Positions 62,407-64,000 of a DNA stretch of 64,000 nucleotides are shown here, one piece after another. The translations under genes and the position numbers were made by a program. This stretch comes from the human T2T-CHM13v2.0 reference genome, Homo sapiens. The stretch lies in NCBI RefSeq assembly GCF_009914755.1, contig NC_060940.1. The stretch is one strand, 5' to 3'. The notes beneath the pieces are model-generated. The model saw only the letters and a list, made by a program, of their open reading frames with translations, was not told the DNA's origin and ran no database searches. Each line of letters begins with the position of its first letter. The stretch's first letter is position 1.

Positions 62407-62649
62407 ACATGATCTCATCTTTGACAGAGATGATGGCATTGGTCATGATCACCCTCATAACACAATCTCAGGTCCTTCAGCCCTGACTCCTTTTTCAGAC
62501 TTTTCTCCTAGGAAGACTGAGCTTTCTCACCCAGGCAAGAAAGCCTGGCAAGGATGCTCAAGAGGCAAGGTCAAAGTTTCATCTCCATGTGATCCTGTTG
62601 GCTAGGATTAGATCCTTGCACATTGCGACATTTGCTGATGAGACTAAAA

Positions 62650-63675
62650 AAGCTGGAACTTAACTAAAAAGCTCTGCACAGCAAAGGAAATAACAGAGCA
62701 AACAGACAACAGAAGGGGGAAAAATATTTGCAAATCATGCCTCTGACACAGGACTAACATCCAGAATCTACAAGGAACTCAAACAGCTCAACAAGTAAAA
62801 CAAACAAACAAACAAACAAACAAACAAACATGAAAATCTGAGCAGAGGACCTGAACAGACATTTCTCAAAACAAGAAACATCAGTGGTCAATAAACACAT
62901 GAAACAACATTCAATGTCACTAATCATCAGATAAATGCAAATTAAGACCACAATGAGAGATTATCTCATGCCAGTTAAAATGGTTATTGTTAAAAACTTA
63001 AAAACAATAGATGTTGGCATGGGTGGCAAAACAAAGGAACACTTACACATTGTTGGTGGGAATGTAAATTAGTTCAAACTCGATGGACAACAATACAGAG
63101 ATTTCTCAAAGAACTAAAAATAGAGCTACCATTTGACTCAGCAATCCCACTACTGGGTATCTGCTCAAAGAAAAAGAAATCATTATATTAAAAAGACACC
63201 TCTATGTCACTACAGCACAATTCCCATAGCAAAGTCATGGACCTACGTGTTCATCAACCTAAGTATCCATCAACAGTTGACTGGATAAAGAAAATGTGGT
63301 ATACACACACCATGGAATACTACAGAGCCATAAAAAAGAATAAAATGATGTCCTTTGCAGCAACATGGATGGAACTAGAGGTCATCATCCTAAGCAAACT
63401 AACTGAGAAACAGAAAACCAAATACTGCATGTTCTCACTTATAAGTAGGAGCTAAACAATAGGTACAATGAACATAAAGATGGAAATAATAGACACTAGA
63501 ACTCCAAAAGGGAGAAGGGTGAGAGGGAGACAAGGACTGAAAAATAACCATCCAGGTACAATGTTGACTATTTGGGTAATGGGTACACTAGATGCCCAAT
63601 CCCCACCAGTATGCAATATGCCCACGTATCAAACAAGCACACATACCCCCTAAATCTAAAATAAATTTTTAAAAA
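62650..63675 (+). mobile_element. L1PB (PB3/PB4-like) 5'-truncated 3' kilobase
   Basis: Degenerate ORF2 end (DWIKKMW...SFAATWMELEVIILS) and 3'UTR GGGTACACTAG...CCCCCTAAATCTAAAATAAA; contains (AAAC)n. Confidence 0.9.
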
Positions 63676-64000
63676 AGACTGAAAAAGTTTCCCAAAGTCT
63701 GTGAAGATCTTCACAAGTGATCCTATTGTTGTAAGTGACAATAGGTTCTCCTATTATCACTTGGTCATTCATCTCGATTCTCTACCTCCATCAGGATCAC
63801 CCTAAAAGAGTTTCTGTCTTTGATACTGAAGGTTAGACTCTTGCAGGGCCTTTCAGCTAAGCACAAACAAAGCATACAGCACAATTTATTTTGCTTGCGA
63901 GTAGAGTCAAAGTACATATCTGAGTATATAAGTAGATATTTTCCTTTATCTCCATTGACAAACCACAAACACAGGTGGTGTCAGGGCAAACCTACTTATA

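Noticed and set aside
63204-63455. 83-aa ORF resembling L1 ORF2 C-terminus
   Set aside because: Decayed remnant of a truncated L1PB, not a functional CDS.

Overview
This is primate, almost certainly human, genomic DNA with no recognisable host protein-coding exon, so it is either a large intron or intergenic; I could not name the locus. The main feature is a full-length 6,050-bp young LINE-1 on the minus strand (34226-40275). It has a perfect 13-bp target-site duplication (TSD) and the ACG/A 3'UTR haplotype (L1HS pre-Ta / L1PA2 boundary). It cannot retrotranspose on its own: ORF1 has a W264* nonsense and ORF2 has a 1-bp frameshift. Its 5'UTR, YY1 site, antisense promoter and 71-aa ORF0 are intact. 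The rest is a typical repeat mosaic: about 26 Alus/monomers (J, S, Y), MIR, L2, L3, older L1 fragments, MaLR solo LTRs (THE1, MST, MLT1), DNA transposons (MER5, MER20, MER20B, MER58, MADE2) and microsatellites. Not explained by these repeats are two near-perfect inverted repeats (31-bp arms at 43633-43709; 26-bp arms at 30631-30721), several short local duplications, a doubly deleted AluY with intact TSDs, a candidate 34-nt micro-exon, and repeat-free homeodomain/TALE-motif-rich blocks that look like enhancers. I found no evidence of a new multi-gene biological system. Repeat subfamily calls come from recalled consensus sequences, and old-repeat boundaries are approximate.
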